DNA of 64,000 bases from Gammaproteobacteria bacterium (GTDB taxonomy: Bacteria > Pseudomonadota > Gammaproteobacteria > CAKMZV01): contig OZ255827.1 in assembly GCA_965277625.1 (NCBI GenBank), forward strand, positions 1,806,913 to 1,870,912. The letters are read 5' to 3'. Below are positions 40,736 to 51,910 of the stretch, piece by piece. How positions within the stretch are numbered: position 1 is the first letter of the stretch; each line of letters begins with the position of its first letter. The notes below the pieces were generated by a model that worked only from the letters and a program-made list of their open reading frames with translations, searched no databases and was not told where the DNA came from. The translations under genes were made by a program, and so were the position numbers.

Positions 40736-41527
40736 ATGTATTTTAATCCAATTCTGCTCAGCCTTTTAGGCTACTTTAGTTTGTTGATGATCTTTTGGAT
40801 TCAAGCAAAGCGCGAGCAAAACTTGCGCCTAAAACCCTGGCACTGGGTGTTAATTGCAGTACTCACTGCTGTACACAGTGTGATCCTCATCCAACAAATG
40901 TGGTCAGCCGAAGGCATCTATCTTGGTTTGTCCAATATGCTCATCTTGGTTGGGTTCAATGTGTTTATACTGTCCCTGATTCTGACTTATTTAAACAACA
41001 ATGCCTCTGTGTTGCTGATGTTATGTTTGTTGAATTGCTTGCTGATTTTATTTGGACTGTTCTCACCAGACAGCAATACCGAAGCATTTGATGTGGCATT
41101 CTCCACACATGCCATCTTGTCGGTCACCGCTTACAGCATCATTGGCCTCACGGCCGTGCACGCGCTTATTACACTGTTGTTAGAACACATTTTGCACACC
41201 AAAAAATCGCTGCGCCTCATCTACTATTTGCCAGCCTTGGGGCAAATGGACCGATGGTTAATCATTTTGCTATGGTCCAGTTTTATTTCACTCACAATTG
41301 CATTGTTCAGTGGGTTTGTGGTGCTCGATGATATGTTTACCCAAAAGGTGTCGCATAAGACGATTTTGTCCATTGTTTCATGGTTGGTTTTTGCCACTTT
41401 ATTAGTTTTACGCAATTTCAAAGGTTGGCAAAGCAAGCAACTCAGCGTTGGTGTCATGCTTGGTTCGTTTTTGTTGATGTTGGGTTTTATTGGCAGTAAA
41501 TTCGTCATTGAACGATTGTTAAATTAA
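40736..41527 (+). CDS. Inner-membrane YpjD/CcsA-like protein
   Basis: About 8 TM, LP.L..MD, HKTILS..SW, GWQ, GSKFV.E. Confidence 0.8.
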   Translation: MYFNPILLSLLGYFSLLMIFWIQAKREQNLRLKPWHWVLIAVLTAVHSVILIQQMWSAEGIYLGLSNMLILVGFNVFILSLILTYLNNNASVLLMLCLLNCLLILFGLFSPDSNTEAFDVAFSTHAILSVTAYSIIGLTAVHALITLLLEHILHTKKSLRLIYYLPALGQMDRWLIILLWSSFISLTIALFSGFVVLDDMFTQKVSHKTILSIVSWLVFATLLVLRNFKGWQSKQLSVGVMLGSFLLMLGFIGSKFVIERLLN

Positions 41528-41540
41528 GGGTTTTTCTGTC

Positions 41541-41849
41541 ATGCCGCGATTGCGTTTTCAACATTCAAACACTGTGCTTCATTCAAAATTAAGCGGACTG
41601 TGGCGAGAAGCAAAAAAACAAAATGCCATTTTGCAATACATCAAACGCCAATTGCCATTTCCGCATGAAGCGATCAGCGCAAGTTATTTGAAGGATGACC
41701 GCTTGATGCTGTTCTGTTCAACGGCTGGCTGGGCGACCAAAATACGTGCCCGAAAAACCATGATTCTCAAACAACTACAACAAGATGACCAATCGAAGAT
41801 TCCCAAATCAGTCACTGAACTTGTGGTCAAGATCAAGCCCCTTCATTAA
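41541..41849 (+). CDS. DciA (DUF721) family protein
   Basis: L.L.CSTAGWATKIR, ~100 aa, C-terminal VVKI. Confidence 0.65.
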   Translation: MPRLRFQHSNTVLHSKLSGLWREAKKQNAILQYIKRQLPFPHEAISASYLKDDRLMLFCSTAGWATKIRARKTMILKQLQQDDQSKIPKSVTELVVKIKPLH

Positions 41850-41869
41850 ATCGGCTATTGACATCATCC

Positions 41870-43306
41870 ATGCCATTATTAATTGAGTTTACCTCACTGC
41901 AAAAACGCTTGCTTATTGCCATTATTTTGGGGTTTTTAAGCCTTCGACTGGGCTTGTCTTTGCTATACCCATTAAGCGCTGATGAAGCCCATTATGCGTT
42001 GTACGCTTTCCATTTGGACTTAAGTTATTTTGACCACCCGCCGCTAATCGGCTGGCTACAAGCAGTGGTTTTACTATTCAATGACAGCGATTGGGCCTTA
42101 CGATTGTTGCCCAATCTCCTTAACCTTATAAGCGCCATTGGATTAATCCTACTGTGTCACGCATTATTTGGACCCAATATAAAAATCATCCTTTGGACGG
42201 TTTTCTTGTACCAAATCAATCTGTTGGTTATCCTCATCAGCACTGGGTTCATTCCTGAATCGCTGCTGGTCACACTGAGTATTTACACAGCTTTGGTAAC
42301 CGTGCGATTGGCTGAACAACCCTCTCGCAAGAAATGGCTGTTGTTAGGCGCTTTGTTGGGATTGCTTGGATTGAGCAAATACACGGCCATTTTGATTGCC
42401 ATTGGCGTGGGCATGTATTTGACTAAAAAATCCATTCGTTGGTGGCGATCCATGGATTTTTATTGGGCTTTAACCTTGGCTTTGATCATCATCAGTCCTG
42501 TGCTGGTATGGAATTTTCAAAATGATTTCATCTCCTTTGGCTTTCAGTTAGAACACGGCAAAGTTGGCGCAGGTGGTATTGACTGGCAGGCATTTTTACA
42601 AAATCAAATCATCCAAATGATCCTCTATTCACCACTGGTATTTTGTGCCACATGGTTGATGGCAGTGAGAGCCTTTCGTCACAACACCACATCCGAGCAA
42701 CTGTTATCCATGCTGTCTTTACCAACCTTGTTGGTTTTTGCCTATTCCTCAGCCAAAGGTGGACACTATTTACCCCATTGGACTGCCGTACCAATGGTGC
42801 TGTGCCTGCCACAACTGGCCTATTGGATGGTCAACAAGTGGACCAGTCAATGGCGGTTGCTTTTTGTCGCCAACTTAAGCTACAGCATTGTCGGACTTTG
42901 CCTGCTGGTCGCCGCTTTTGCTGGCCAATTGCCACAACGCGCCAATCAAATCATTTTTGCAGATGTACACGGCTGGAAGGAGACCGCTATCCTAAGTAAA
43001 AAATTAGTCAAAAACTTTGCCGCCAACCAACAAGTTATTTATGTGGCCAACAAGTGGGATGCCAGTCGCATTGCATGGTATGCTCGACCCATTCCTCTGG
43101 TTTCACTTGATCCTCGCCCCTCTCAATATGATTTTTGGGCCAATAAGAACGACTATCAATCGGGCGGTCTTTTAATCACCAGCGATACAGACCTTGCCCC
43201 ACTGAATTATTTTCAACAGTGTATCCTGCAACAGAAAGTTAACATTCAATCACAACTTGGAAAACGCTTATTCAATCTCTATTATTGTACGCACCTAAAA
43301 CCCTGA
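41870..43306 (+). CDS. GT39/ArnT-like membrane glycosyltransferase
   Basis: DEAHY, SYFDHPPL, LSKYT, SPVLVWN, PHW. Confidence 0.85.
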   Translation: MPLLIEFTSLQKRLLIAIILGFLSLRLGLSLLYPLSADEAHYALYAFHLDLSYFDHPPLIGWLQAVVLLFNDSDWALRLLPNLLNLISAIGLILLCHALFGPNIKIILWTVFLYQINLLVILISTGFIPESLLVTLSIYTALVTVRLAEQPSRKKWLLLGALLGLLGLSKYTAILIAIGVGMYLTKKSIRWWRSMDFYWALTLALIIISPVLVWNFQNDFISFGFQLEHGKVGAGGIDWQAFLQNQIIQMILYSPLVFCATWLMAVRAFRHNTTSEQLLSMLSLPTLLVFAYSSAKGGHYLPHWTAVPMVLCLPQLAYWMVNKWTSQWRLLFVANLSYSIVGLCLLVAAFAGQLPQRANQIIFADVHGWKETAILSKKLVKNFAANQQVIYVANKWDASRIAWYARPIPLVSLDPRPSQYDFWANKNDYQSGGLLITSDTDLAPLNYFQQCILQQKVNIQSQLGKRLFNLYYCTHLKP

Positions 43307-43504
43307 AGGATTCAAAGACCCAGTACGCTTCTGAATCTGGACTGGTCGTTTCCTCATCAAAAAGCTGAAATAAATCGGTGCCGTTCAATTAACGCTATAA
43401 GTTCAGTCATCGATGAACAATGTCTGAGCAATCGCTAAGTAATTGATAAATAATTACATCGTAATTCACATCATAAAAGGGTTGATTTTCGCTTCAATAA
43501 AGGG

Positions 43505-43541
43505 TTGACAGTTTACCTCCATGCGCATACAATGCGCGCAC
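43505..43541 (+). promoter_or_regulatory. Sigma70 promoter of the str operon with GC-rich discriminator
   Basis: TTGACA (43505) - 17 bp - TACAAT (43528), followed by GCGCGCAC. Confidence 0.8.
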
Positions 43542-43731
43542 CTTTACAAGGTGTTGAGCGATGACATCACCGCTTGACTTGAAATTAAGAGAGTTTCCCA
43601 GTGTACGGACTGCCCTATCACTGAGTTTTCTCTGTTTTTGTGCTTAAAACATCGGTTTTAATGACAAGCAAACTAAATCTATTTTAAACGGATAAAACTT
43701 CTCAGAGTCGGTTTAAATAATTGGAGATTAA

Positions 43732-44106
43732 ATGGCAACAACAAATCAATTGGTTCGTACATCACGCAAACCAAAAAGAAAGCTCAGCAAAGTAGCAGCT
43801 TTGCGCGCCTGCCCTCAACGAAGAGGCGTGTGCACACGTGTATATACAACCACACCTAAAAAACCAAATTCCGCTCTCAGAAAAGTTGCTCGGGTTAAGC
43901 TCAGCAGTGGCTTTGAAGTAACCACCTACATCGGTGGCGAAGGTCATAACCTTCAAGAACACTCGGTCATTCTGATCGAAGGTGGCAGGGTGAAAGATTT
44001 ACCTGGTGTACGCTACCACACCATTCGCGGTGCCTTAGATTGCTCTGGTGTCAATGATCGTCGTCAAGGCCGTTCCAAATACGGCACAAAACGTCCTAAA
44101 GGATAA
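43732..44106 (+). CDS. rpsL: 30S ribosomal protein S12
   Basis: [35 protein letters not shown]. Confidence 0.99.
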   Translation: MATTNQLVRTSRKPKRKLSKVAALRACPQRRGVCTRVYTTTPKKPNSALRKVARVKLSSGFEVTTYIGGEGHNLQEHSVILIEGGRVKDLPGVRYHTIRGALDCSGVNDRRQGRSKYGTKRPKG

Positions 44107-44117
44107 GAGAGTACATT

Positions 44118-44588
44118 ATGGCACGCAGAAGACAAGCAGAAAAACGCGAGATATTACCGGATCCTAAATTCCATAGCGTTCGGTTGGCAAAATTTATCAA
44201 TACCCTCATGCTCAGTGGCAAAAAATCCATTGCTGAAAAAATCATTTATGATGCTTTGGACATTGTTTCTAAAAAGAGCAAGGCTGACCCTATGGAAGTT
44301 TTTGAAACCGTTCTTGAGAACATTGGACCGCTCGTCGAAGTGCGTTCCAGACGTGTAGGCGGTGCAACCTATCAGGTGCCTGTTGAAGTCAGAGCCAATC
44401 GGAAAACGACCTTGGCAATGAGATGGTTGATTGAATCAGCTCGTAAACGTCGCGAAAAAGGCATGACCCTTCGCTTGGCGGGTGAAATGCTCGAAGCCAG
44501 TGAAAATCGCGGCATTGCCGTTAAAAAGAAAGAAGATGTACACCGTATGGCCGAAGCCAACAAAGCGTTTTCACATTTCCGCTGGTAA
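44118..44588 (+). CDS. rpsG: 30S ribosomal protein S7
   Basis: [26 protein letters not shown]. Confidence 0.99.
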   Translation: MARRRQAEKREILPDPKFHSVRLAKFINTLMLSGKKSIAEKIIYDALDIVSKKSKADPMEVFETVLENIGPLVEVRSRRVGGATYQVPVEVRANRKTTLAMRWLIESARKRREKGMTLRLAGEMLEASENRGIAVKKKEDVHRMAEANKAFSHFRW

Positions 44589-44638
44589 TATTTCCAGCCG
44601 CTCAGTAAATTCAAACTAAATTCTAAAGGATTCTTCAA

Positions 44639-46738
44639 ATGGCAAGAACAACACCGCTTGAACGATACCGTAATATCGGGATCATGGCACACATTGATGC
44701 GGGTAAAACGACAACAACCGAACGTGTGCTTTACTATACGGGTGTTTCACACAAAATCGGTGAGGTTCATGATGGTGCAGCCACCATGGATTGGATGGAA
44801 CAAGAACAAGAGCGTGGTATTACCATCACCTCTGCGGCGACCACCTGCTTTTGGCAAGGCATGGGCGCAAACTTCCCCAAACACCGAATCAATATTATTG
44901 ACACTCCCGGACACGTTGACTTCACCATTGAAGTCGAACGCTCATTGCGTGTATTAGACGGTGCCGTTGCTGTTTTTTGTGCAGTTGGTGGTGTAGAACC
45001 ACAATCTGAAACAGTCTGGAGACAAGCAAATAAATACGGCGTGCCTCGTATGGCATTCGTCAACAAAATGGACCGTGCTGGCGCTGATTTCTTACGTGTA
45101 ACCGAACAATTAAGAACGCGCTTGAATGCAAACCCTGTCGCCTTACAACTACCCATTGGTGCTGAAGAGAACTTCAAAGGGGTTATTGACCTCGTTAAAA
45201 TGAAAGCCATCAACTGGAAAGAAGAAAACATGGGCGTTGAATTCACCTATGATGATATCCCAGCTGAATTGTTAGATCAAGCCAATGAATATCGTGAAAA
45301 ATTGGTAGAAGCGGCCGCTGAAGCCAATGATGACTTGATGAACAAATATTTAGAGAGTGAAACCCTCAGCGAAGATGAAATCGTCGCAGGCATTCGCCAC
45401 CGTTGCGTAGAAAATGAATTGATTCCTGTTTTATGTGGTACGGCTTTTAAAAACAAAGGGGTGCAAGCCATGTTGGATGCAGTCATTCAATACATGCCTT
45501 CACCCTTAGACGTCAAACCCATTGAAGGTGAGTTAGATAATGGCGAATTAGCCACAAGAGCTTCCAGCGATACCGAACCCTTCTCAGCGTTGGCATTCAA
45601 AATCATGACCGACCCCTATGTCGGCACACTTGCTTTTGTCCGCGTCTATTCGGGCGTTTTAAAATCAGGCGATTCGGTCTATAACCCCGTTAAATCGAAA
45701 AAAGAACGCATCGGTCGAATTTTGCTCATGCACTCAAATGATCGTGAAGAAATCAGAGAAATCAGAGCGGGCGATATTGCAGCGGTTGTTGGCTTAAAAG
45801 AAGTCACAACTGGCGACACACTGTGCGCCAATGAAGCCAAGATCACTTTGGAAAGAATGGAGTTCCCAGAACCTGTGATCTCCGTTGCGGTTGAGCCAAA
45901 ATCAAAAGCCGATCAAGAAAAGATGGGATTGGCTTTATCAAAATTAGCCGCGGAAGACCCCTCTTTCAGAGTGCATACCGATGAAGAATCTGGTCAAACC
46001 ATCATTTCAGGCATGGGTGAATTACACTTAGAAATCATCGTTGACCGCATGAAGCGTGAATTTAACGTTGAAGCCAATGTAGGTGAACCTCAAGTGGCTT
46101 ATCGTGAAACCATCCGCCGTCAAGTTGAAGTCGAAGGTAAATTCATTCGTCAATCAGGTGGACGTGGACAATTTGGTCACGTTTGGTTACGCTTAGAGCC
46201 CATCCCAGTGGATGGTGAAGAAACTTACGAGTTTAAAGACGAAATTGTCAGTGGTGTTGTACCAAAAGAATATATTCCAGCGGTCAACAAAGGCATTCAA
46301 GAACAAATGTTGAATGGTGTACTGGCTGGTTATCCATTATTGGGTATTCGGGCGGCACTGTTCGATGGCACCTATCATGATGTCGATTCTTCAGAGATGG
46401 CTTTTAAAGTCGCAGGCTCCATGGCTTTGAAAAAAGGCGTGATCGAAGCCGATCCTGTTTTACTCGAACCGATCATGAAAGTTGAAGTCAATACCCCTGA
46501 AGATCACATGGGTGATGTCATGGGCGACCTCAACAGAAGACGCGGCATTGTCGGCGGTATGGAAGATGGACCATCTGGTAAAATCATTGATGCCAAAGTG
46601 CCATTGTCAGAAATGTTTGGATATGCCACAGACTTACGTTCTTTGACCCAAGGAAGAGCTGCATACACCATGCAATTCGATGAATATAGTGAAACTCCCA
46701 AAAGTATCGCTGAAAGTATTATTAAATCAAAGCATTAA
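44639..46738 (+). CDS. fusA: Elongation factor G
   Basis: [34 protein letters not shown]. Confidence 0.99.
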   Translation: MARTTPLERYRNIGIMAHIDAGKTTTTERVLYYTGVSHKIGEVHDGAATMDWMEQEQERGITITSAATTCFWQGMGANFPKHRINIIDTPGHVDFTIEVERSLRVLDGAVAVFCAVGGVEPQSETVWRQANKYGVPRMAFVNKMDRAGADFLRVTEQLRTRLNANPVALQLPIGAEENFKGVIDLVKMKAINWKEENMGVEFTYDDIPAELLDQANEYREKLVEAAAEANDDLMNKYLESETLSEDEIVAGIRHRCVENELIPVLCGTAFKNKGVQAMLDAVIQYMPSPLDVKPIEGELDNGELATRASSDTEPFSALAFKIMTDPYVGTLAFVRVYSGVLKSGDSVYNPVKSKKERIGRILLMHSNDREEIREIRAGDIAAVVGLKEVTTGDTLCANEAKITLERMEFPEPVISVAVEPKSKADQEKMGLALSKLAAEDPSFRVHTDEESGQTIISGMGELHLEIIVDRMKREFNVEANVGEPQVAYRETIRRQVEVEGKFIRQSGGRGQFGHVWLRLEPIPVDGEETYEFKDEIVSGVVPKEYIPAVNKGIQEQMLNGVLAGYPLLGIRAALFDGTYHDVDSSEMAFKVAGSMALKKGVIEADPVLLEPIMKVEVNTPEDHMGDVMGDLNRRRGIVGGMEDGPSGKIIDAKVPLSEMFGYATDLRSLTQGRAAYTMQFDEYSETPKSIAESIIKSKH

Positions 46739-46795
46739 TAATTTTATATAATAGAGGGCTGATTGCTTCCTCGCCATTAATATTAGGAGACTGAC

Positions 46796-47986
46796 ATGTC
46801 AAAAGAAAAGTTTAATCGCAATAAACCCCACGTCAACGTTGGCACCATTGGACACGTTGACCATGGTAAAACAACGCTTACAGCTGCGTTAACCATTTAT
46901 TCGGCCAAAAAACATGGGGGCGAATCAAAAGCGTACGATCAAATCGACAACGCACCTGAAGAACGCGCTCGTGGGATTACCATCTCAACAGCACACGTTG
47001 AATACGAAACCGACGCACGTCACTATGCACACGTTGACTGCCCTGGACACGCCGATTATGTTAAAAACATGATCACTGGTGCAGCGCAAATGGACGGTGC
47101 CATCTTGGTTTGTTCAGCGGCTGACGGACCCATGCCTCAAACGCGTGAGCACATCTTGTTAGCACGCCAAGTTGGTGTGCCTTACATCATTGTTTACTTG
47201 AACAAAGCCGACATGGTGGACGACGAAGAATTATTGGAATTGGTTGAAATTGAAGTACGCGAATTACTCTCAATGTACGAATTCCCTGGCGACGACATCC
47301 CAGTCATCATCGGTTCTGCATTGAAAGCCGTTGAAGGTGAAGACACTGAAATGGGCACCCAATCTATTGAGCGTCTATTAGATGCCTTAGACAACTACAT
47401 TCCTCAACCTGAAAGAGCTATCGACAAAGAATTTGTTATGCCTATTGAAGATGTCTTCTCAATTCAAGGTCGTGGTACGGTTGTAACAGGACGTATTGAA
47501 AGCGGCGTGGTTAATGTTGGTGATGAAATCAATATTATTGGCATCAAACCCACACAAACAACAACCGTTACTGGTGTTGAGATGTTCCGTAAATTATTGG
47601 ATCGTGGTGAAGCTGGTGACAACGTAGGTGTCCTCCTTCGTGGAACCAAACGTGAAGAAGTTGAACGCGGTCAAGTATTAACCAAACGCGGCGCCATCAC
47701 CCCTCATACGAAATTTGAAGCGGAAGTTTATGTATTAAGCAAAGAAGAAGGTGGACGACACACCCCATTCTTCTCAAACTATCGCCCACAATTTTATTTC
47801 CGCACGACAGACGTGACTGGTGCCATTGAACTGCCATCTGGCGTAGAAATGGTTATGCCTGGTGATAACGTCAACATGAAAGTTGAACTCATTGCACCCA
47901 TCGCAATGAATGAAGGCTTACGTTTTGCGATTCGTGAAGGCGGTCGTACAGTCGGTGCAGGGGTTGTTGCTAAAATTGAAGCATAA
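46796..47986 (+). CDS. tuf: Elongation factor Tu
   Basis: [29 protein letters not shown]. Confidence 0.99.
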   Translation: MSKEKFNRNKPHVNVGTIGHVDHGKTTLTAALTIYSAKKHGGESKAYDQIDNAPEERARGITISTAHVEYETDARHYAHVDCPGHADYVKNMITGAAQMDGAILVCSAADGPMPQTREHILLARQVGVPYIIVYLNKADMVDDEELLELVEIEVRELLSMYEFPGDDIPVIIGSALKAVEGEDTEMGTQSIERLLDALDNYIPQPERAIDKEFVMPIEDVFSIQGRGTVVTGRIESGVVNVGDEINIIGIKPTQTTTVTGVEMFRKLLDRGEAGDNVGVLLRGTKREEVERGQVLTKRGAITPHTKFEAEVYVLSKEEGGRHTPFFSNYRPQFYFRTTDVTGAIELPSGVEMVMPGDNVNMKVELIAPIAMNEGLRFAIREGGRTVGAGVVAKIEA

Positions 47987-48010
47987 TCTCAGACTGATTA
48001 GTAAAAATTC

Positions 48011-48040
48011 AAAGGGGTGGCACTTGCCGCCCCTTTTTTT
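48011..48040 (+). terminator. Intrinsic terminator after tuf
   Basis: AAAGGGGTGGCA-ct-TGCCGCCCCTTTTTTT hairpin plus U tract. Confidence 0.85.
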
Positions 48041-48112
48041 AATGATGTTCAATGCATCAACCTCGGCATCCTCTTATAATTGACCACACCCGTCAACATT
48101 CCTTTGCTTACT

Positions 48113-49288
48113 ATGTCATATTCTCAGCTGCTCAAAACAGTATTTAAAACCAGCCTGGTATTTTGCCTCATCCAAGTAAGCCCCTACACGCTTGCCGATT
48201 TTCAAAAGCCCGTCATCAATGCCGAATCCTATTTGCTGTTTGATTATCAAAGCAAATCCGTCATCATCAGCTCTAATCCTGACAAAATCATAGAACCTGC
48301 GAGCATGACCAAAGCGTTGACCGCTTACATCATTTTTGATGAACTAAAAAAAGGAACACTCAAACTCAGTGATAAAGTCCGTATCTCAAAAGAAGCCTAT
48401 CAAACTGGCGGTTCTCGAACCTTTTTAGATCATAACTCCAGAGTGAGTGTTGAAGATTTACTCAAAGGCGTCATCATTCAATCGGGCAATGATGCCAGCG
48501 TCGCATTGGCAGAAAAAATTGCCGGCAGCGAAGATGCTTTTGCCCTATTGATGAACGATGTTGCTGCCCGCATAGGCATGACAAACTCGCATTTTGTCAA
48601 TGCAACAGGATGGCCGGCTGAGAGTCATTACACCTCACCCAAAGATTTAGCCACACTCGCCGATCGTCTGATTACAGACTTCCCCGAATATTATGTGATG
48701 TTTGCCGAACGCAAATTTAGATACAACAACATTTCTCAAAGCAATAGAAATACCCTACTGTGGCGCGACCCCAGCGTTGACGGCATTAAAACTGGCCACA
48801 CATCATCAGCTGGCTTCTGCCTACTCAGCTCAGCAGAACGCCATAACAGACGCTTAATTGCCGTCATTGCAGGCGCAAAAAGCAAACGTATCCGCACCCT
48901 TGAATCACAAAAATTACTCAATTTTGGCTTTTTGTTCTTCGTCACTGAAAACGTCCTACCCGCCAATGAAGTACAACTGAACGAACACGTCTGGGGTGGT
49001 GCACAGGATAACATCGACATAGGCATGCTTGAAGACACATTCCTCACCGTCCATAAAAATGATAAAGACAAAATGCAAAAATCGTTCACGATCAAACCCA
49101 ACCTTGAAGCACCCATTATGAAGGGAGACGAACTTGGCAGCGTTAAAATAACAGTGGGCGACAAAATTTTATTAGAAAAACCTGTCTTTGCTCTACAATC
49201 TGTTGAAGAAGGCAGCATATTTCAAAAACTTTATGATTACATCATTCGTTTCTTCAACTGGATCGCCTCTTTCTTCAGTTCAATCTAA
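48113..49288 (+). CDS. dacA: D-alanyl-D-alanine carboxypeptidase (PBP5/6)
   Basis: PASMTK, SGNDA, KTGHT. Confidence 0.9.
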   Translation: MSYSQLLKTVFKTSLVFCLIQVSPYTLADFQKPVINAESYLLFDYQSKSVIISSNPDKIIEPASMTKALTAYIIFDELKKGTLKLSDKVRISKEAYQTGGSRTFLDHNSRVSVEDLLKGVIIQSGNDASVALAEKIAGSEDAFALLMNDVAARIGMTNSHFVNATGWPAESHYTSPKDLATLADRLITDFPEYYVMFAERKFRYNNISQSNRNTLLWRDPSVDGIKTGHTSSAGFCLLSSAERHNRRLIAVIAGAKSKRIRTLESQKLLNFGFLFFVTENVLPANEVQLNEHVWGGAQDNIDIGMLEDTFLTVHKNDKDKMQKSFTIKPNLEAPIMKGDELGSVKITVGDKILLEKPVFALQSVEEGSIFQKLYDYIIRFFNWIASFFSSI

Positions 49289-49299
49289 TAGAGTAAGCC

Positions 49300-50145
49300 A
49301 TGCCTTTTGAACCCATATTTTTCAATGACCAATGGTCCCCACTCGATAAAACAAGCGTCTCACCACTTGATAGAGGCTACTTATTTGGCGACGGCATTTA
49401 TGAAGTTGTGCCCTGTTATGGTGGCAAAGCATTTCGCCTAACAGACCACCTCCAGCGCTTAGCCAATGGCCTGCGCTTTGTTGAAATCAACAACCCCTAC
49501 ACCGATGACCAATGGCACAATCTGGTCCAGCAAGCCATCAATCACCGTCAAACTAAGGATTGCATTGTTTACCTACAAGTCACGCGTGGCACTCAAGAAG
49601 CTCGAGATTTCTTCATAACCGACACCCTCTCATCACCCCAAGTATTACTCTACTCGGATGCCTTCAAACCCCTCTCAATCGAACAGATTGTAAAAGGCAT
49701 AAAAGTGTGCACCATGGACGACCCCCGCTGGAAACATTGCTCCATCAAAACAACCAACCTCTTGGGCAGCGTCTTGGCCAGAATCAAAGCCAAGAAAATG
49801 GGCTGCGATGACACCGTCTATATTCGAGACGGGCTACTGACCGAATCCGCCGCAAGCAATGTTTTTGTCATCATTGACGACCAGATTGTCACCCCACCCT
49901 TAAACGACAACATACTACCAGGCATCACGCGCAAAGTATTGATAGAACTGTTTGAAGCAAATGAACTGCCCTACCAAGAACGCCCAATCAAAGCAGAAGA
50001 ACTGCCCAAGGTACAAGCACTTTGGCTATCTGCTTCAAAGGCCGAGCTAAGCCCCGTTTATCAAATCGATGACCAAACCCTACCCACCAAACACCCCCTA
50101 TTTCTACAAATACTCAAAGCGTTCAAAAAACAAACCACCGCATGA
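49300..50145 (+). CDS. D-amino acid aminotransferase (class IV PLP)
   Basis: DRGYLFGDGIYE, YLQVTRG, IKTTNLL, ILPGITR. Confidence 0.85.
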   Translation: MPFEPIFFNDQWSPLDKTSVSPLDRGYLFGDGIYEVVPCYGGKAFRLTDHLQRLANGLRFVEINNPYTDDQWHNLVQQAINHRQTKDCIVYLQVTRGTQEARDFFITDTLSSPQVLLYSDAFKPLSIEQIVKGIKVCTMDDPRWKHCSIKTTNLLGSVLARIKAKKMGCDDTVYIRDGLLTESAASNVFVIIDDQIVTPPLNDNILPGITRKVLIELFEANELPYQERPIKAEELPKVQALWLSASKAELSPVYQIDDQTLPTKHPLFLQILKAFKKQTTA

Positions 50146-50411
50146 ACACCGCCACTGAAAATCTGGACATCCAATTTCCGTGCGAATTCCCAATCAAAGC
50201 CATTGGCTTGAACAAACCGACATTCATCGACCTCATCCAAAAGATTATTGCCGAACATGTTGCCATCGAAGCCAATCAATTAACCGAAAAAGTCAGTAAA
50301 AATGGTAAGTATCGCTCTGTTACAGCGAACGTCGTAGTCCAAAACAAACAACAACTCGATGACATTTATCGCGCCCTTTCCAGCCATAAATCCGTCGTCA
50401 TGGCTTTATAG
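50142..50411 (+). CDS. ybeD: YbeD (DUF493) family protein
   Basis: FPCEFPIK, SKNGKYRSV, QLDDIY..L. Confidence 0.88.
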   Translation: MNTATENLDIQFPCEFPIKAIGLNKPTFIDLIQKIIAEHVAIEANQLTEKVSKNGKYRSVTANVVVQNKQQLDDIYRALSSHKSVVMAL

Positions 50412-50416
50412 TCAAA

Positions 50417-51034
50417 ATGCATACCAAAAGCAAATCCAAACACTACGGACTACTCAGCCTTCTGCTCCTGTGTTTCAATGCACCAGCGAACACCCTTGAG
50501 GATGCTCTGAACAATATTCAGACCATGCACATCCAATTTTTACAAATCGCCACCAACGAGCAAGACCTCAGCAAAGAAACCAGCCAAGGCACACTTTGGG
50601 TTCAAGTACCAGGCAAATTCCACTGGGAACTCAAAAGCGATGAACCACAAACCATCGTCGCAGATGGCAACAGCTTATGGATTTACGATAAAGTCTTAGA
50701 ACAAATCAGCGTGTTTGACCAAAAGAGTAGCCTTAAAAACTCACCCACCGCCATTTTAAGCGACCCCAAAGCCGTCAAAAGCCAATTCGATATTGAAGCC
50801 ATAACCAAAACCGACTCAGCAGACTGGTACCGACTAATCCCCTATGAAAGCAGCTATATCTTTGATGAACTGCAAATCAAAGTCAAAGACCAACGCATTC
50901 AAGAAATCCAATTAAACCACTATAGCGATCAAACACAAACCCGCCTAATATTCTTCTACAAAAGTTATAACCAACCCCTGCCTGAACAATTATTCATCTT
51001 TGACATCCCCGAAGGCGTTGACATCATTCAGTAA
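50417..51034 (+). CDS. lolA: Outer-membrane lipoprotein chaperone LolA
   Basis: Signal peptide, PGKFHW, Q.IVADG..LWIYD..LEQ, F.F..PEGVDI. Confidence 0.88.
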   Translation: MHTKSKSKHYGLLSLLLLCFNAPANTLEDALNNIQTMHIQFLQIATNEQDLSKETSQGTLWVQVPGKFHWELKSDEPQTIVADGNSLWIYDKVLEQISVFDQKSSLKNSPTAILSDPKAVKSQFDIEAITKTDSADWYRLIPYESSYIFDELQIKVKDQRIQEIQLNHYSDQTQTRLIFFYKSYNQPLPEQLFIFDIPEGVDIIQ

Positions 51035-51115
51035 TTGCCGATTCGCTTAATTTATGCCACTTACAACGGCTTTTCTCGTATAATCCGCCCTCTTTCTACC
51101 ATGTCGAAATACCCT

Positions 51116-51203
51116 GCCCGGGTGGCGAAACTGGTAGACGCAACGGACTTAAAATCCGTCGGTGTAAAACACCGTGCCGGTTCGACTCCGGCCCCGGGCA
51201 CCA
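51116..51203 (+). tRNA. tRNA-Leu (anticodon TAA)
   Basis: GCCCGGG acceptor stem, ACGGA-CTTAAAA-TCCGT anticodon arm, long variable arm, GGTTCGACTCC, CCA end; TATAAT at 51079 upstream. Confidence 0.96.
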
Positions 51204-51226
51204 TCAACACCCAGTCCTCTCAAACC

Positions 51227-51330
51227 ATTTTAGACACTGGCTTTTAGACATAAATCATTGATTTATTTTCAGCCTCATGTAGTCTCATACAATCTCAAAT
51301 AGATTCTTACAGCTTCATATAGTATCTTTT
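51227..51330. repeat. att-arm-like region: TTTTAGACA x2, IHF-like site, 10-bp phased repeats
   Basis: TTTTAGACA at ~51227 and 51242; AATCAATGATTTA on the minus strand (WATCAAN4TTR) at ~51251-63; agcctcatgt/agtctcatac/aatctcaaat/agattcttac/agcttcatat. Confidence 0.5.
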
Positions 51331-51349
51331 GTTTTACTTAGTTAACACT

Positions 51350-51910
51350 TTAAAACACCGTGAAAGAATTTAATTGCTCTTCTTGAATATCTTTTTTACA
51401 CTTGACTAAAGCCCATCTTATATTTTCCCCCTTAGCGACACCTGAACCACATTCTTTCCATAATTTGTCTGCGTTTATTGTTGTTAAAATTGCTGCGCGC
51501 TGATGTGTATAGCCACAAATTGGATTATCTTTATCATATTCATATAAGCCATTTACCTTATAGACATGTTTACGCTTTCCTTTTACTGAAACGATGACTA
51601 GATCACCAAATTTTATTTTATCGAAAAACCGCCATAAACTTGGCCCCGCCATTGATGCATTTGTAGCATTAGGATTAGTACGTTTAAGTTCACGCGAAAT
51701 ATCCCTAGGTTTTTTTGGTTTCAAAATAGATAAATCCCCAATGCTTGGCCAGCCAATAGCAATCCGACTATTCTTTTTCATCTCTCTGAAAGCCAGATCA
51801 GGTACATCCTTAATATCTAACCAGTCAGTAGCAAGCCAACAGGTTTTTTTCATTTTTTGTAGCATCTCTTTAGTCACTTTATGGTGTGCTATCAGTCTCC
51901 AAACTTGCAT
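51350..51910 (-). CDS. Hypothetical protein resembling the PUA/EVE-like N-terminal domain of Mrr/McrB-type restriction proteins
   Basis: Strong AAGGAGG RBS; IAIGW..IGDLS, LWRF...IK.GDLVIV, V.G.YEY, H.R motifs. Confidence 0.6.
   Translation of the reverse strand: MQVWRLIAHHKVTKEMLQKMKKTCWLATDWLDIKDVPDLAFREMKKNSRIAIGWPSIGDLSILKPKKPRDISRELKRTNPNATNASMAGPSLWRFFDKIKFGDLVIVSVKGKRKHVYKVNGLYEYDKDNPICGYTHQRAAILTTINADKLWKECGSGVAKGENIRWALVKCKKDIQEEQLNSFTVF

Noticed and set aside
51035-51247. 70-aa ORF after lolA
   Set aside because: Overlaps tRNA-Leu; spurious
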